64,000 nucleotides of DNA from the human T2T-CHM13v2.0 reference genome, Homo sapiens. The notes beneath the pieces are model-generated. The model made no database searches. It was not told where the DNA came from and worked only from the letters and a program-made list of their open reading frames with translations. This document shows, one piece after another, positions 33,651-49,800 of the stretch. The first letter of the stretch is position 1, and each line of letters starts with the position of its first letter. Position numbers and translations under genes: made by a program. The stretch is from NCBI RefSeq assembly GCF_009914755.1, contig NC_060926.1. One strand, given 5' to 3'.

Positions 33651-35407
33651 GCCTTCAACCAACCCACACAACGAGGAGAAATGTAACAGTACCAAAAAGC
33701 ACTGCTTGTGTTTGACAGTTCGACAGTGAAATGAACACAACCAGACTTGATCATTACACGTCGTATGCATGTAACAAAATATTATATTATACGTACCCTA
33801 TAAAAATGTGCACGTATTATGCATCGTTTAAAAATAAGTTAAATCATAGAGTTAAATTTCTTAGAAAAAGAAAATGAACACAACCATAAAATATGCATAG
33901 GTATAAAATAGTTTTTCCATAAAAGGGGAATTCTGTTTGATGTCTTATTATACACATTGGAGAAATAAAATTTATTATGAAGGATTTATATAGATTGTCC
34001 AATTTCGTGTATCTTTATAATATCAAAAGTTCCATAAAGAGAATTCACTTTGAGAATAAAATTATTTTCAAAAAGAATAGCTTATAGATGTTAAGTGTTT
34101 TCATTGGTTGTCCATAGTACACCTCTTTATCCAAATATATTAGCATATTGCATATAAATTACTTTATTACCAAGAAATTCGGAAACTGAGTATATGAAAT
34201 TATCAGTTTCTGTCTCAACTATTTTGAGATGGCAGTGAACAGACTAACTATGATTTGATGATAAACTAAAGAAAAATATCACGCTTTGTCGAATATAATC
34301 AATTTGGAATTGAAGAGTTAATTGTGATGCAATTACATACTTTCTTAAAACTAAAAAAAAAAAAGTCAAATTGACTATCAAAATGTCTTTAGCAGAAATA
34401 TACTCACAGCTCTTTTTCAAAGCAAATGTACAAAATCTCCTACAGCCCCTTGCTGTCCAAGAGAGTCACATGACGTAAAACATCTTCCTCATCACCTCGG
34501 CCACACCAGTTCCCAATTCCATATGCTCACCTAACTGCACCCCTGTCCCCAAAGGCTCCAGTCTCCCTCAATCTTACCTCCCCTTTATGCAACATCATTT
34601 CCTCCCTGAGGCTCTTTCTTGGTCTTTCACTGAGCTCCCAAAATCCTAGATTCCAAAACCACTCTCAGCCTGTTACCATTCCCAAATCCAATAAGCAAAC
34701 TATAGGACTTATGAACTCCAAAATAAATACCTGGGTCCCTACCCCAGGCACTCTGGATCCCCAGCTGATTCTGGGAAGCAGCTAAATTTGATAAGCCCTG
34801 GACTACACCACAGAAATAAGCATTTAGTTATAGGCATCACTTTCTCTGCTGTACATTGAGGGAGGTGGGCTGGAAAGATGATCTCTAAGGTTCCTTCCAG
34901 ACAGATCTAACAGTCTAAGAGCCCAGACTCTATAGCTATTTCACAGATACTGGTTTCTCTCCACACAGACTCCATGCTTCTTCAGAGCAGGGGCCACATT
35001 ACTTTTTCACTGTCCCCAAGCCAGCATGGTGTGTTATGCATAGAAGGAGCTCAATAAACTTGTGACTCGTGGGTTTCTATGACTGTGCCCGCTGACTGAG
35101 GGTAACTAGTAAGCTGAGCCTGGCACTGCTGTGGCAGGGCTACTTGGCAGATCTTGTGCAGACACTGAGTTACATCTTGCTCCAAAGGAACCTCCCACAA
35201 AGGCATCAAGATGTCAACACTGGATTTACTGTGGTCAGAAAACTGTAGAAATCAAACTCTTTCAAATTCTAGTATACCAAAATACAACAAGTTCTGACTT
35301 TCTGTTTATATGTTAAGGAAACCACAGAAAGCCCTCAGAGATAATGTATCTGGTTTGTAAGAATTATGATGCATACTGCCATAGTGTCATAAGAATTCCC
35401 ATATCTG

Positions 35408-35736
<329 letters not shown>

Positions 35737-36894
35737 CTAATGGTGAGAAGAACGTATCATGGATCTTTTTGCTGGAATGACAGTGGGGTGATCCAGGTAA
35801 CAATTCAAGTCCAGGAAGTATATTAAATGGGCTTGAAACTATTACCAAGGTTATTCTACTGTTGAAAAAAGATGTTTCTAGCTGGTCTTCTGGAGTTGTC
35901 CAATGCCTGGCTACTAAACGTTCTTAACAAGAAAATCACCTTTGTTGAGATAATAGAAAAGCTAAGATTTATACGGAGAAACAACATTCCACACATTTAT
36001 AAAGGACTTAATAGCTTGAATCATTTCTATCTGTTATGCCATTTAAATCTCTTACAACAGCCCTTAGAGTTAGGCAAGACACACATCATCTGCATTTTAC
36101 AAATGAGAAAATGAAGCTTTGGAGAAGGTAAAAACCTACCCCACAGTGGAGCTGAAGCTCAACCCTAGGGCCTTACACTTCATCAGTGACCCCCTGAATG
36201 AGGGATTCTATAGAGGCAGCTGTATGATGTCTGGCCAAGAAAGTACAGGTGTGGGTGTGTGTTGTTTACTGTATTTTGCTTGTTTTGCTTTTCATCTGAA
36301 TGTATTGAAGCAAGGTAGTAGAGCTTCAAATGGACCACAAGCCCCATCACATCCAACTGTGATACTGTTTCAGACATTTATTTGGTCTACTTGGCCCTGA
36401 AGGTATTTGAATTTTTGACCCCTGTGCTAAATAATTATACTTACATACTTATATAAATAATTATATCTTCCCATCATGTAACATCTTATGAGCATATTCA
36501 CTGCATATTTTATTTCTTCCTTATAATCCTGTTTACTCATTAGAGGACTAAGCTAAAAAAATTGAATGACTTGCACAAGATCAGGACCTAAAATCTAAAT
36601 GTGTCACATAAGAAATTACATTATGTGAGAATTTCTTAAGCAGGTGTCAAGTTAAAATTCTTCAGAAAATCATTACATAAAAGTTTCTGAACTTGAGTAC
36701 TCAAGTACTCAAATCTCTTTTGAGATTTGATTATTCTTACTTACAGGACTATCATTCAGAGAATATGCAGAAACAATGCTTTCATGTTTCCATGGGCATG
36801 TCCTGAGAAAGTCATATTCCTTTATTTTTATCTCAAGTGTTCATGAACTTTCATTATCAAAGAAGAAAATAGGCAACTGTTTCTGAAAAAGGAA

Positions 36895-37500
36895 GTCATT
36901 CAACAAAATACTAGCAAAACAAATCCAGTGATATATAAAAGGATTATATACCATAACCAAGTGACATAGTCCAGGAATGCAAGGTTGGTTCAACATATAA
37001 AAATCAGTCAATGTATAAAAGTATATTAATAGATTAAAGTATATTAAAGTATTAATAGATTAAAACCCATATGACCATCTCAATACATGTAGAAAAGACT
37101 TTGACAAAAATCACACATCCTTTTGTGCTTAAAAACACTCAACAAACTAGGAACAGAAGGAAACTTCCTTAACCTGATAAAGGGCATCTATGAAAAACCA
37201 ACAGATAATATCATACTCAACAGTGAATGACAAAGCTTTCCTTTCAAGATGAGAAACAAACCAAAGATGTCTACTCACTCCACTACTATTTAACATTCTC
37301 CTGGAGGTCCTAGCCAGGCCAATCGGGCAAGAAAAAAAAATTAAAAGCAACCAGATTGGAAAGGAAAAAGCAAAACTATCTCTATTCACAGATGACATAA
37401 TCATGTGTATATATATAAAATCCTAAGAAATACACACACAACTATTAGAACTCATGAATACACTCAGCGAGGTCACAGGATACAAAATCAACATACAAAA
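36895..37500 (+). mobile_element. L1M ORF2 (RT region) fragment
   Basis: caacaaaatactagcaaa...ggaatgcaaggttggttcaacat...gatgacataatc. Confidence 0.8.
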
Positions 37501-39809
37501 AAGAAAGTAAAAATATCAGTGATCCCTGTTACCATCACTAAATAATCACTAGCACCTAAAAAGCTTCCTCTTTTAGTTTTATTACTCTCAACCTGGGATA
37601 TAGAAATCTAAAATCCAGAGTTTACTTTAGCTTTTAAAACTATCTATGATATCAGGTTAAAAGAAACATTTCCTGGCAGATGCACAGCTCTGGAAAATTT
37701 TGTTTTCCAAACGTCTGGAAAACAAAAGGAAAGCTTCCTTTGTTTACATAGCCAAGAAGGTTGAGTGATGAGAATCAGAAAAGATTTTGAAGCAATACAA
37801 GATCTTCTCCTAGGGCCATTAGAGATCAGCTAATCTGTTCAAGTTTTAATTCTCTTCTAATGGGTTTCCTCAAAGTACTTTACAGCAGTTGCAATCAGTT
37901 CCAAATATTGCATCGTGATACTCACATAAACTGGAAAGTAACGGCTACATTTCCATTTATTTCATTTATATTTTTACTTTGGCCAGTCTCGTAGAGATTT
38001 TAAAAACCATTAAGTACTTCACAATATTGGTGGGGACTGTTTCCTTCTTCATTTTCATTAGAATAAACACAGAAGTGGTATCTACCCTAATAATACAGAA
38101 CATGCTTCTTAGGTAATATAAACCAAACACAAATAGAAAGAAGCATTGTTTTTATACAGTTCAAAAAAGTGTTACACTTATTTTTCTGCAGGCCTGAATA
38201 CAGACCCTGCCTGCTCTAAAAGTCACGAGGTATAAAGTGTGAACCTATGCTCTGGGGGCTCCTGATAAGTTCCAGGAAACTCCTTTCACAGCCTCTATCT
38301 CAGGGCCACATCAAATACATGTTCACTCACTGGCCTCAACAGTCGATTATCACTCCCTATTTATTTGTAGGTTCACATATTTTTGCCATTTAAATTTTTT
38401 CAAAAATTAAAACCTGGCTCAAGTTACAAGTAAAGCTTGGGTTAAGGAAAGCATTCATGAAACACTTTGTTTTCTGTAAATCAGATAGTTTATTGCCTGG
38501 TTCCCTTCCAATATATATGTGGGCTTTACTCTCCATTCAGAATTTGATTCTAATTTTTAAGTGGCAAGCAAAGTCGAATTATTAATTAAAGAATCAAGAC
38601 ATATAAGTATACCTTACTCTCTACATGGTGAAGGCAAACACTTTCAAAGACAATTTCCCTAATATTTTAAACCTATCACATGAAAACTTTAGCCCTTTGG
38701 ATGGAAACATTTCACTGACTTTCTTCATCAGTCCCCCTTTTTTGCCATAAAAATTCACGAGATAATAAATTCCAGTAAAAAGAAAACCACACAGTAAGGC
38801 ACAGATCTTTGATAGTACAAAAGAACATTATCTAATTTAATCCCCATAACAAATCAGTGACAGTATTATCTCATTTATATATAAGGAACCTGAAGCTCAG
38901 AGATGCTGAGTTACTAAAGATGGCACAGCTAGTAAATGGCATGTCAGAATCTGAACCCATTGCTGGATGGCTCTGAACCCTTTGCCCTTCCCAACATTAA
39001 TTCGTGCCTTTCTGGAATTTTGCCAGCCAAGTGGATTTTTTTTAACCTAACTTAAAATATTCAAAAATAACTAACGTTATTTAACGTCTTATTCTCTAAG
39101 ATTTTTTAAAAAAACATTTAAAGTTATTTTTGTCATCTGTTTTAATATGTCCCAATCCCTTAAGCTAAGAATCTATCATTTTTACTTTACCCAACTATCT
39201 CGTGATATAAATTAAGCCTGTTTACTCTTTCCAGGTCACTGAAGCAATGCTTCTTTCTAGAATTAGAGTCATACAACTAGAAGAGATGGTCTGACTTTGT
39301 ACAGACCATTTGTACACCATGTGTAGTTCCATTTCTAAGAAGAAACAGCAAAATGATCTACATGAAAAAAAAAATCACCTTACAATTTCAGATGACTTTC
39401 ATGAAGTGGTTTTATAAATTGTATTGCTGTACCATCATTATTGTTATTAATGAAGTTACATTTAGGTGTTATGGTAGATTTGACCAGATGTGGCAAACAG
39501 TTGTTACCATAGTCTTCATCCATAAAATTTGTCAAATTAGAGGTTTTATGGAGTATACAACTAATTGCAAGAAAATATATAGGCAGTGTATTTTTAACAT
39601 TTTAAATACTAACAAAAAGAGCAGGACTTAATGACAGTGAACTACAGACAATCCATGCACAGTGAAGCCTGTTTAATTAGAATTCCACTAGTCTAAAACC
39701 TGTAATAGCTTGAACACAATATACTATTCATTCTGAGTTTGAAAGTTCAGAATAAATCTCAAGATGTTTTTCCATATATACCTCACTGTACCTGCTGGAG
39801 ACCATTTAC

Positions 39810-40201
<392 letters not shown>

Positions 40202-40259
40202 TAAGGTCACATGGGACCTCAGTACTCATGCCCTCTGATTCTGTCATTAAGAGATACAT

Positions 40260-40480
40260 ATTACAGGATAGTGGTGATGTGTAGGGGCTCTGGAGCCAGG
40301 CTACCTGCATTAAATTCCCAGCTCTGCCTTACTAACTATGGGACCTTGGGCAAGTTACCTTGTGCCTTTGTTTCCTTCTCTATAAAATGGGGAATAGTAG
40401 AATCCACCCTACAGGTAATGAAGATTAAAAGAGATAATACATACCTGTGAAAGGCTCAGGACACTTCTTATGTGTAAGAA
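40260..40480 (+). mobile_element. MIR
   Basis: ggctctggagccag...accttgggcaagttac...tataaaatgggga core. Confidence 0.7.
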
Positions 40481-41199
40481 ACACAATACCCTGAGGCCAG
40501 CTGGCCTAGATGCCTTTCCAAGGAAAATCTGCCATCAAATGTTAGGACAACATCGTGGGACTCCTGTCTTTTCTATTTGAAAATAGTTTTTAAAAATCCA
40601 TTTAAAACAGCCCACAATTAGACAAGCTCACTAATTTTTCCTGGCTATGTACCTTCACCAAATTACTTCTCAATCAAAATTACTTTAAATTACAGATAGT
40701 ATGACATAGATGTATGCCAAAGGGGCTTATGCGGACTTTTAAGTCATATATTCAAAAATAACTAGGAAGAACCTACTAGTTTCCCTTTACAATCTGATGT
40801 TTCATATTACCCTCTTCTTTGTAGTTCCATTCTGTGAAACTTCCATTTCTCATAGGTATTTTGTTAAATATCACCCCTACCCACAAGGTTTATCCCAAAG
40901 TATCTACACAGATTCCACCCTCGCGTTCTTCCTCTGATTCTGGGCCTGGCCTGCCCACATCTCCTCTGAGGCCTTCCTCCATCAGTTTGCCCATCTTTCC
41001 CCTCAAGAGTGGGAACACGCATAGCCGCCCTCCCACCTCCCATCCATTCTTTCACCCTCACTGCCAACTCCAAAAAGCAGCTGGTCACAGACCCCACTGG
41101 CTCATGGCCTCGCCCTGGCTGATCTTTCCTTTTCAACCCTCTTCACCGGCTGCTTTCCCTCCCACTACACCGTGGTGCCCGCAGCCTACTTCTCATTCT

Positions 41200-42180
41200 C
41201 TCCTCCTCCGTCCTAGACAATCTTGTCCAATCTCAAGGCTTTCACCAGCACCTGTATGCTGATAACGCCCACTTATTTCCATCCTGACCTTTTCCCTAAA
41301 TGTCAGGATCTTTAGTAAACTTCCTAGAGACAATTTTATCTCCATGGTCCAAGGGCATTTACATGCAATACATTTAAATCCAAAGGGTTCCTCTTTCCCC
41401 ACTCAGCTTGCTCTTCCTCCTACTTTCCCTATCTCATCACACAAGCTAGATAGCCTCAAAGCACCCTCATCCCCTTCTACCCAGAAAATGAGTGAATACT
41501 GTCTGTGTCATGCCCCCAACAGCTCTCTACTCCCTCTCCTCCTCTCCATCCTCACCGGCCCAGGCTAGTCAGCCCTCACTCCTCACTGACCTCCTGACCT
41601 TCAGACATGGCCTCTCACAGCCACCAGACTCATCCATCTATAGTGCCTTCTAGAAATAATAAAAAAATGCAAACGTGACCATTTTGCTGCCCTGCTTAAA
41701 GCCCTCATGCAGGCCATCACCTACTGGAAAATGTTTGAGCTCCTTAGAAAGCCATGCAAGGCCCTCTGAGAGCTGCTCCCAGCTCCACTGCCCAACCTCC
41801 CATCCTGCCATTCCCAACATGAATGCCAGGGACCTGAAACTGACCTGCACTGGTCACTGCTACTGTTCACAACTTGCTAATTTTCACCTCTTTGCCTTTC
41901 CTTACATTATCGTACCTGCCATATCCCTACCCCGCTCCCAGCCTGGCTAACTCTTATCCTTCCTTTAAGACTGCAATCAGATGTCACTTTCTCTAGGAAA
42001 TCATCCCTAAAATACCATGCTGAGTAGGGTACCCCCGTACATACTCCACAGGATGTGGGGCAGGTAAAAAGTCTACTTAGACTAACGAAATAATCTGTTC
42101 TTATTATCAGGCTAAAATATAAACATATCAAGGGCTAGAAATGTGGTCTCTTCACTTCTGTGTCTGGCTCAATAAAAGGA
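41200..42180 (+). mobile_element. L2 3' fragments
   Basis: Pyrimidine-rich degenerate L2 motifs ending in gctcaataaa. Confidence 0.55.
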
Positions 42181-42297
42181 TGCTCATCTCAACCCAGACA
42201 CCTAGAAATCCAGAGGAAGAAAGTTACAAAGAGCAGCTTCAAGCCCTCTATACTGTAGATGGATTGCGTTACATTATTATATATTTTAGGGCTCTAA

Positions 42298-42605
<308 letters not shown>

Positions 42606-43307
42606 AAAATATTACTTTTGTCCTGCTGAGGAATAAAAGTAAGGAAAAGAAATCAATTTATGTAACTAATTATTTACCTAACTATTAGAAACCAACATAC
42701 CCTACTTCCTTTCAGACTCCAAAGAATTTTCTCAGGTGTTCCGTTCATATTCAAAGATTAAACTCTACTTATTGAAAAAAATTAAAGGAAGTCACTTACA
42801 AGGATTGGTTCTCAAAAGCAGCTATGCCATGTTCTGGGGAAGGAACTACCTTCAATGAAAGGAACACAAATAAGAGAGTCCTGGTGTTACCCGCTGAGCT
42901 GTCCTCTCCTGCACGTAGACATGCTTCTGCGAAAAACTCAGCAGGCTCCAAGTCAAACTCTGTCCTGGGCTCTACAGTATGCCGCCGCACGTGATGATCA
43001 CTGGTGCTCAGGCAGAACGGACTTTATCCACATCACTGTAACCTGAGTCCAGACTTCATCCTAGACAGTCACACAGCTAGGGCCACAGGTGGCACACCAT
43101 GGTAAAAACGTGAGACCATCTGATTATCCATCAAAACAGAGGGCCTACTGCACATAGACATAGATGTGAGTTGGAGTAGTGTGGTCTTCCCATTTCTGAT
43201 GTTGCCATCTATTTCCTCGAGATGACAGACAGCTCATATATTTTGCTCAAAGGGTTGCTAGAGCTGTATCCTCCTTTAAGGTGAATCTTCATTTCTACTC
43301 CCACAAC

Positions 43308-43830
43308 AGAAGTGGTCCTCAACCTCTTTGGCACCAGGGACCAGTTTTGTAGACGACTTTTTTTCCATGGACCAGGGGTGGAGAGATGGTTTCAGGATGG
43401 TTCAAGTGCATTACATTTATTGTAGACTTTATTTCTATTATTACATTGTAATCTATAATAAAATAATTATACAACTCACCATAATGTAGAATCAGTGGGA
43501 GCCCTGAGTTTGTTTTCCTGCAACTAGAGAGTCCCATCTGGGGGTGATGGGAGACAGTTACAGATCATCAGGCATTAGATTCTCATAAGGAGAAACCTAG
43601 ATCCCACACATGCTCGGTTCACAATAGGGTTCATGCTTCTGTGAGAATATAATGCCGGTGCTAATCTGACGGGAGGCGGAGATCAGGCAGTAATGTTAGC
43701 AATGGGGAGCAGCTGTAAATACAGATGAAGCTTCTCTTGCTCGCCCTCCACTCACCTCCCACTCTGCAGCCCAGGTCCTAACAGGCCCCGGACCAATATT
43801 GATCCACAGCCCGGGGGCTGGGGACCCCTG
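43308..43830 (+). mobile_element. MER1A-like hAT-Charlie DNA transposon
   Basis: About 520 bp, cag...tcaacctctttggcaccagggacc...ggggacccctg. Confidence 0.8.
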
Positions 43831-46800
43831 CACTCCTTAACAGAAGAGGGGCCTGGCAGGATGTTTCAGAAAGTGGAAGGAAGTAAACATTTGAATCTTT
43901 AGCACACTGAGAAGGCCTGGCAAGGAAAGTCTACCTGCTTCTTCCCAGGATGCTCTGAGCTTCTATTTTAGTAAACTACAGAGTCTATGGCCAGTGAAGA
44001 TACCTACTTCACAGCCTGAGATAAAGTCCTCGGCCTCCAACTGTAGTTTCTACCTCAGCAGTTCTGAGAAAGGACACCAGAAGCCTCCCTGCCATGGAAT
44101 ATGATTGGTGGGACAAGAAGCAAGTGGGCCATGTGGGCAACCTATCTTCTCAACCAAGGCAGGGTCCCAGGGCAAAAGCCCAGACAATGCATCTAAAGGT
44201 CAGAACCTACCTGACCATCATCAGTAGCTTTTTCTATTCTTAAGGAACTCCTGAATGTCGCTTCTTGGGACCCAACAGAGTAAACCTCTGAGTCTGACAG
44301 TCTTTTTTTTTTGGTGTGTGGTGGGGGGCGGGTTGTCTGAATCACCTGTTATTTGTACTATTTATTGATAGTAAACTGTATTTTCTTAAATGTAAAAGAA
44401 ACTGTATTAATTTGATGACACTAGTACTGAAGCAATAATCAAATACTTGCTTATCTTACTATGGGCCTGACCTACCTTCACGCTTGAGGGCAACTGTTTT
44501 CCTCTCTCCTCCCCCACAATCTGAAGGAAGAGTTAGAACAGTGGAAAGTAATGTTGCATATTACAAGAAATGGTTAAACACAATTAGTCAGATCATATAA
44601 TGGACTATGACGTATTAAGGCAGTATCACGGCTACCAGGAGTATAGATACCAACTATGGCCCCAAATAATGCTAAACACTGTTGCAAGAACTTCATCCAC
44701 CAGTTCACGTGTCTCAAGACTGCAAGATTTAAATTTGCCCTACTATTCGTGAAAATTCACCTTTCTTTTCCAAATCTGGAATACCCCCCATTGTTTAAAT
44801 CCAGTCTGGGTTTCTCTTGTCAGTAGCAGTCTTCAACGCCTACTTCAGAGAATGAAAATGTGTGTATGTGCACTCATGTGCTTATGTGCACGCACACACC
44901 CTCCTTAGAAAGATAAAGTCAATAAACTTCCTGTCAGTATCACAGAACATGCAAAGTCAATTGTGCAATATTTCCTTGCATTATCCATCCTATATGCAAA
45001 CATTCTAATGAAATAGAACTGGAAATTACACATGGAAACCGCAGCTAGGTTTGGCCACCTAATGGACTCAGGGTACTCCGGTAATGGCGCAGAGAGAAGA
45101 AGGTTGGCCGAGCGGGGATGCAAGGTCCCCAACTGAAGTATCTGAAACCTACTATGGGTTCCACGTAGAGTCTTCAGTTGTGATTTCTCGTAGGACACTA
45201 GGAAAGTTGCAATTTGCAGCTATGGCCACGGGGTAGTGCAATAATTCTGCAAATAGCTGACCCCACCCCCAACACTCCTATCCCCCCAACCCCAGCCCTC
45301 CCAAAGACAGAATGGCTAGGAGAGAATGGGGACATTTGGTCTGAATCCTGGGCATCCACAGGGGTTACTGAGAGATTCTCCACAAATCCAAAAGTGTCTG
45401 TAAGACTATCCAGTTACTCTCAGCATTCGAGCCCGATACAACAGAAGGTCCCGGGCTTTGAAGGAATGATGAGAACTGAGAGGCTATAAAAAGTGATTAG
45501 CCTATTTATTACAAATTGTGTTTACTTAGGTTTTTATGTTTACTTCCCACCATATCTCCACCAGAATACAATTAACCACCCCCTCACTCATCAGAATTGT
45601 ATTAGAAAGACTCACAAAAATAAAATAAATACTGCATCTAAACGCAACCGTCAAGCTTTATGGAACTGGACTGTTATTACACAAAGGTGTCCCCAAAACA
45701 GGGAGAAGGAAATGCAAATTTTGAAAGGGCTTCTTTTCAAAGGAAATTTTTGTCCATTTAGTCCTTACAAGTCAAAGTTTGGTCTGTGGACCAAAACTAA
45801 TACTTGGGAGCCAGTTAGAAATGCGGACTCCTGGTTCTATTAGATTAGAATGTGTATTTTAACAAGGCCTCTAGATTATTTGGATGCACATGGAAGTTTG
45901 AGAAGCATTCCCCGAGTGAGAGCTAAGCATACTGACCTATGCTCTCAAAACTATTTTCTACACCCTGGGTCTTTTCTTCTTCTACAAGCATTCTACGTGA
46001 AAACAAATATATTTTGAAATTTTAAAACAAAAACAGATTATTTCCCAGAACTGGTGGTGATCCACTACAGTAAAGCCTCTTCCTATCTAAATTGCCAGGT
46101 AACTAATTAACATGTCAATGAACACTGGCTGAAATTCTGTTCTGTCACTTCATAACGCAGGTAAACAGTACAGATATGAGAAGAAAAATTTAAGACCAAC
46201 AGACTCACATCATGGTCCTCTAGGGGATTTTCGAAACTAATTTCCTGCCCATATAAAAGGAAAAATAAAATTATTTCCAGTATCAAGTTAAGCACATAAC
46301 TCTCTAAATGGAGTTGCTATGTTAAAGTGGTCTCCAAATTACAGTCATTTTTGTTTACCTCCGCTAACAATGAGCCTCCTGGGAAGAAATTATGTGAAGA
46401 AGTTTAAGTACCCTCTATGCCTTTCTCCACAGGTGAGTGGGGAAATTGCAGAGGAAAAATACACAAGTGAATACAATTAATGACTTCTGCACTCTTTGAT
46501 TCCTGCTACCCTGTGAGGGGAATGATCATAGAATTTTGAAGCTGGAAGGAATCTCGGAGATAGCCTATTGCTGCCGCTCTGCCTACCCAGGAATGTCTTT
46601 CTACAAAGTCAGGTAATTGTTACCCTTTGAGACAGCCCACATCACATCACTGTTAAATGCTCTCACACCCACTGATCTTACTCGTGCCCTTGAGCAACCC
46701 AGAACAACTCTATTCCCACTTCCCAGCTAAATGCCTTCAAACACTTAAGGCCCCTATCATATCCCGGGTGGTAGTTTCCTTAGATTCAACCCATTTAGTT

Positions 46801-49800
46801 CCTTGGATTGGGTGGTGTCCTCTTACTCTGACATAAACACTGTGTATTTTGTTTCCAGTGAAACTAAATTATGATTAGCCTGACATAATTTAATGAGACC
46901 CACAGTGCCAAATGAAGTCATTCGATGTAATGGTTGGTAATGCAATACATTCTCAGTGAAACATAAAAGATTATGTAATGGTTAATAGATCTACATATGT
47001 GAGTAGTACCACCGTAAGTAAGAGCATATTTGTCTGCTGGACTATGATGCACGACTAAGAAAAGCTACCAACCTCTACTCAAAACCGTCCCAGGGTCCTG
47101 TTGCCAGGGACAGAACGCTGCACCGCATGGACTGCTGAATCTGACCTTATGCGGCCTTTCTGTATTCTTCCTTGTTTATGAAAAAGAGACATTTTTAAGA
47201 AAGCAAAGGGTATAGAAGAGCTACATTTGGCATTCAGAGCAATTGACACTTTTATTACTTAACGTCACAACCTTATGAGGTAGGCCAGTCTAAGTGCTGT
47301 CATTTTATAAGTGATTAAACCAAGACTGAGAATAGGAAATGAGAAAAATCATGAGCTGCCCAGGGCCAAACAGAAAGCAAGGTTGGGGCCAGCTGAATTC
47401 AGAAACCTCAATTAAATTCCAAGACAAAAGGGAACAGCCAACATTGAAAATAAGTTTTATGGATTTCACTTTGAAATAAAACAACAAAAAAATTATGTTA
47501 CCATTAAATGATATTAAAATCGTCTTTTATGGGGCCTCGATTTTGCCACCAAGACTTTATTCCCAAAAATTAAAATAAAAAAAAAAATCAAACAGGCAAA
47601 TCTATTCCAGGTTAAAAATTCCACTTACACACAAAATCTTGCATTCCATATTGAGAGGTTTTTTTTTCTTAATTTGCCTATTAATCTGTATTAAGCCAAA
47701 GGTCTTCGTTCAAGTTGCTCAAGTGTCATTGATTAGACCCATTGTAGTTAACAAGGACATTCTCCCAAAATAGATTCTTAGCATTTTAAAACCCTCCTAC
47801 ATTTTCACAAAAGAGAATCTGGAACACAGGAAGGAATCATTTCCCCACACACAATACTCATCTTCATCGTCATCCAGATACATTTGGTTAAAAACCTATC
47901 CACACATTAAGGTGCACACTCCCTGGGTTCCTCCTCCCTGGTATCCTCTGGGGCCCCAGCCCAGCTGGAGTCCCCAAGTTCTCGGCGCCCTGAACTAACC
48001 AGTCTCTCCACCCAGCTTTCTCCAAAACACGCCCCACACGAGGGCTGAGCTCCTCCACAGCGGATGCAACACTCCACTGCTTCCCATCGAGGGCCCCTGC
48101 CTCCTCCAGGCTGATGAGCAGCCCCTTCCCCACTGCTGCCCACAGCCCTAGCCCTGGAAGCCACTCTACTGAGAAGGCTTTGCCTCCTCGTACCTGCCGA
48201 GGCCCCTCCAGGCCCATGCTGAGGGCCAATGAGAGCCACGCAGTCAACTACACGGTGACCTTCGGCCAGTGTGAGTACACGCAGCTCTGCAGAGCTGCTG
48301 TCTACCAATCAGCTCCAGGACACCTGGGGCTCAGACAGGTGCACTCTCCTTCTGCCCTTTCTTTGTACTCTGTTTTGACCCATAAGGACTGACCAAAAGG
48401 ATAGGAATAGGCCTTAAAATGTTTGCTTTACTGCAGCTGGAGGAAAGGGTAGAGGCACCTGAAGGTCAAGATCAGGGATCTGTAGCATTTTCTGGCACTA
48501 TGAAGTAAAGTCTAAAAAGGCCTGGAGGAAGCCGCCCACTGGCCTGCGCATGTCCCCTGGCAGTTGATTTGAAGACAAGCAAAAGCATCAGCGGGCACTA
48601 CTGGGCAGCATCCTTAGGGAGACTAAACTGCTAGTGCCTCTGCATCCCTCCCTGCCTGTTAGCCTACCTTCACCAAACAAGATCCACACTTTATTCCCTC
48701 CATGTTTCTATTCACAGTCTTCCCACCACGTGGTTTTCCTCCTTTCCATTTCCTCCTGAAATTCTACTCCAGGACCCATTTCAAATGCCACCCCACCATG
48801 AATATCTTACTTTCAACAGGATGTGCCCATGCCCCCTCAAGCAGGCAGTGTCAGCCTTGGATTGCAGGTATTTATGGGTATGGCTTATTCTTCTATTAAG
48901 TTCCCAAAAAACACACTGTCCTTTGACCCCTGTACAGCAGGGTTTCCTAAACTGCAGGTTTCAGCCTATGAATGGGAAATTCTAAAAAAAAGAAAAAAGA
49001 GAAAGAAAGAGGATAGGAAATATCGAAGTGTATCACACATAGTAATAAGCGTTATTTCATGATGCTCTTGTTTCACTTACGTGTATGCATGTTCAAGGGG
49101 TGGTGGGTGGCAGTGTTAAACGTGTATTTGTTACTGGGGGTCATGGTCTGAAGCATTTGAAAGTCACTGCCCTGATGGTACCTCTCCTCTGTCTAATATT
49201 CTGTGAATGCTTATTGAATTGAACAGGTTGATGAGTATGAAATGATCCATGTATTATAACTTCAAAGGCTCCAACTTAAAGGAATATAAAGAATAATGCC
49301 TATCTGAACAAAAGTGTGTGGATTCTGGCTTATATGAAGCTGTGGAGGAATGGGGTGAGTGGTAGGGAAGATCAGAATATTTATTATACTGTTGTATGTT
49401 GATAGACTTTCTCTCCAATGATTAAAATGTGTTAACATTTAAGGAAGATGAAATACAAGTTCATTTTGGAAAACTTTTCTCATTCACTGAAACTACCTCA
49501 TGACTACAAAGTTCTGCATCTTTAAAAGAGACAGTATAGGTAATTCCACCATGATGCATAAAATGATCTTTTAGAGACACCATGAAAGCCCTTGTTCAAG
49601 TTTTCTTTGCCCAAGATGTCTCCATGTACTCTCAATACCCCCACCCACACCATCTGTCTTCCAAGACTTAGTTCAAAGGCCACCTATTTCATGGAAGCCT
49701 TTTTTCGTTTTTTAACTCAATTTTTCCTCTTTCCATCCTCCACCCAAGTCCCAAATATGGTCTCTTTTCTGAATCACCAGTGTTGAAAACTTCCTTTTTC

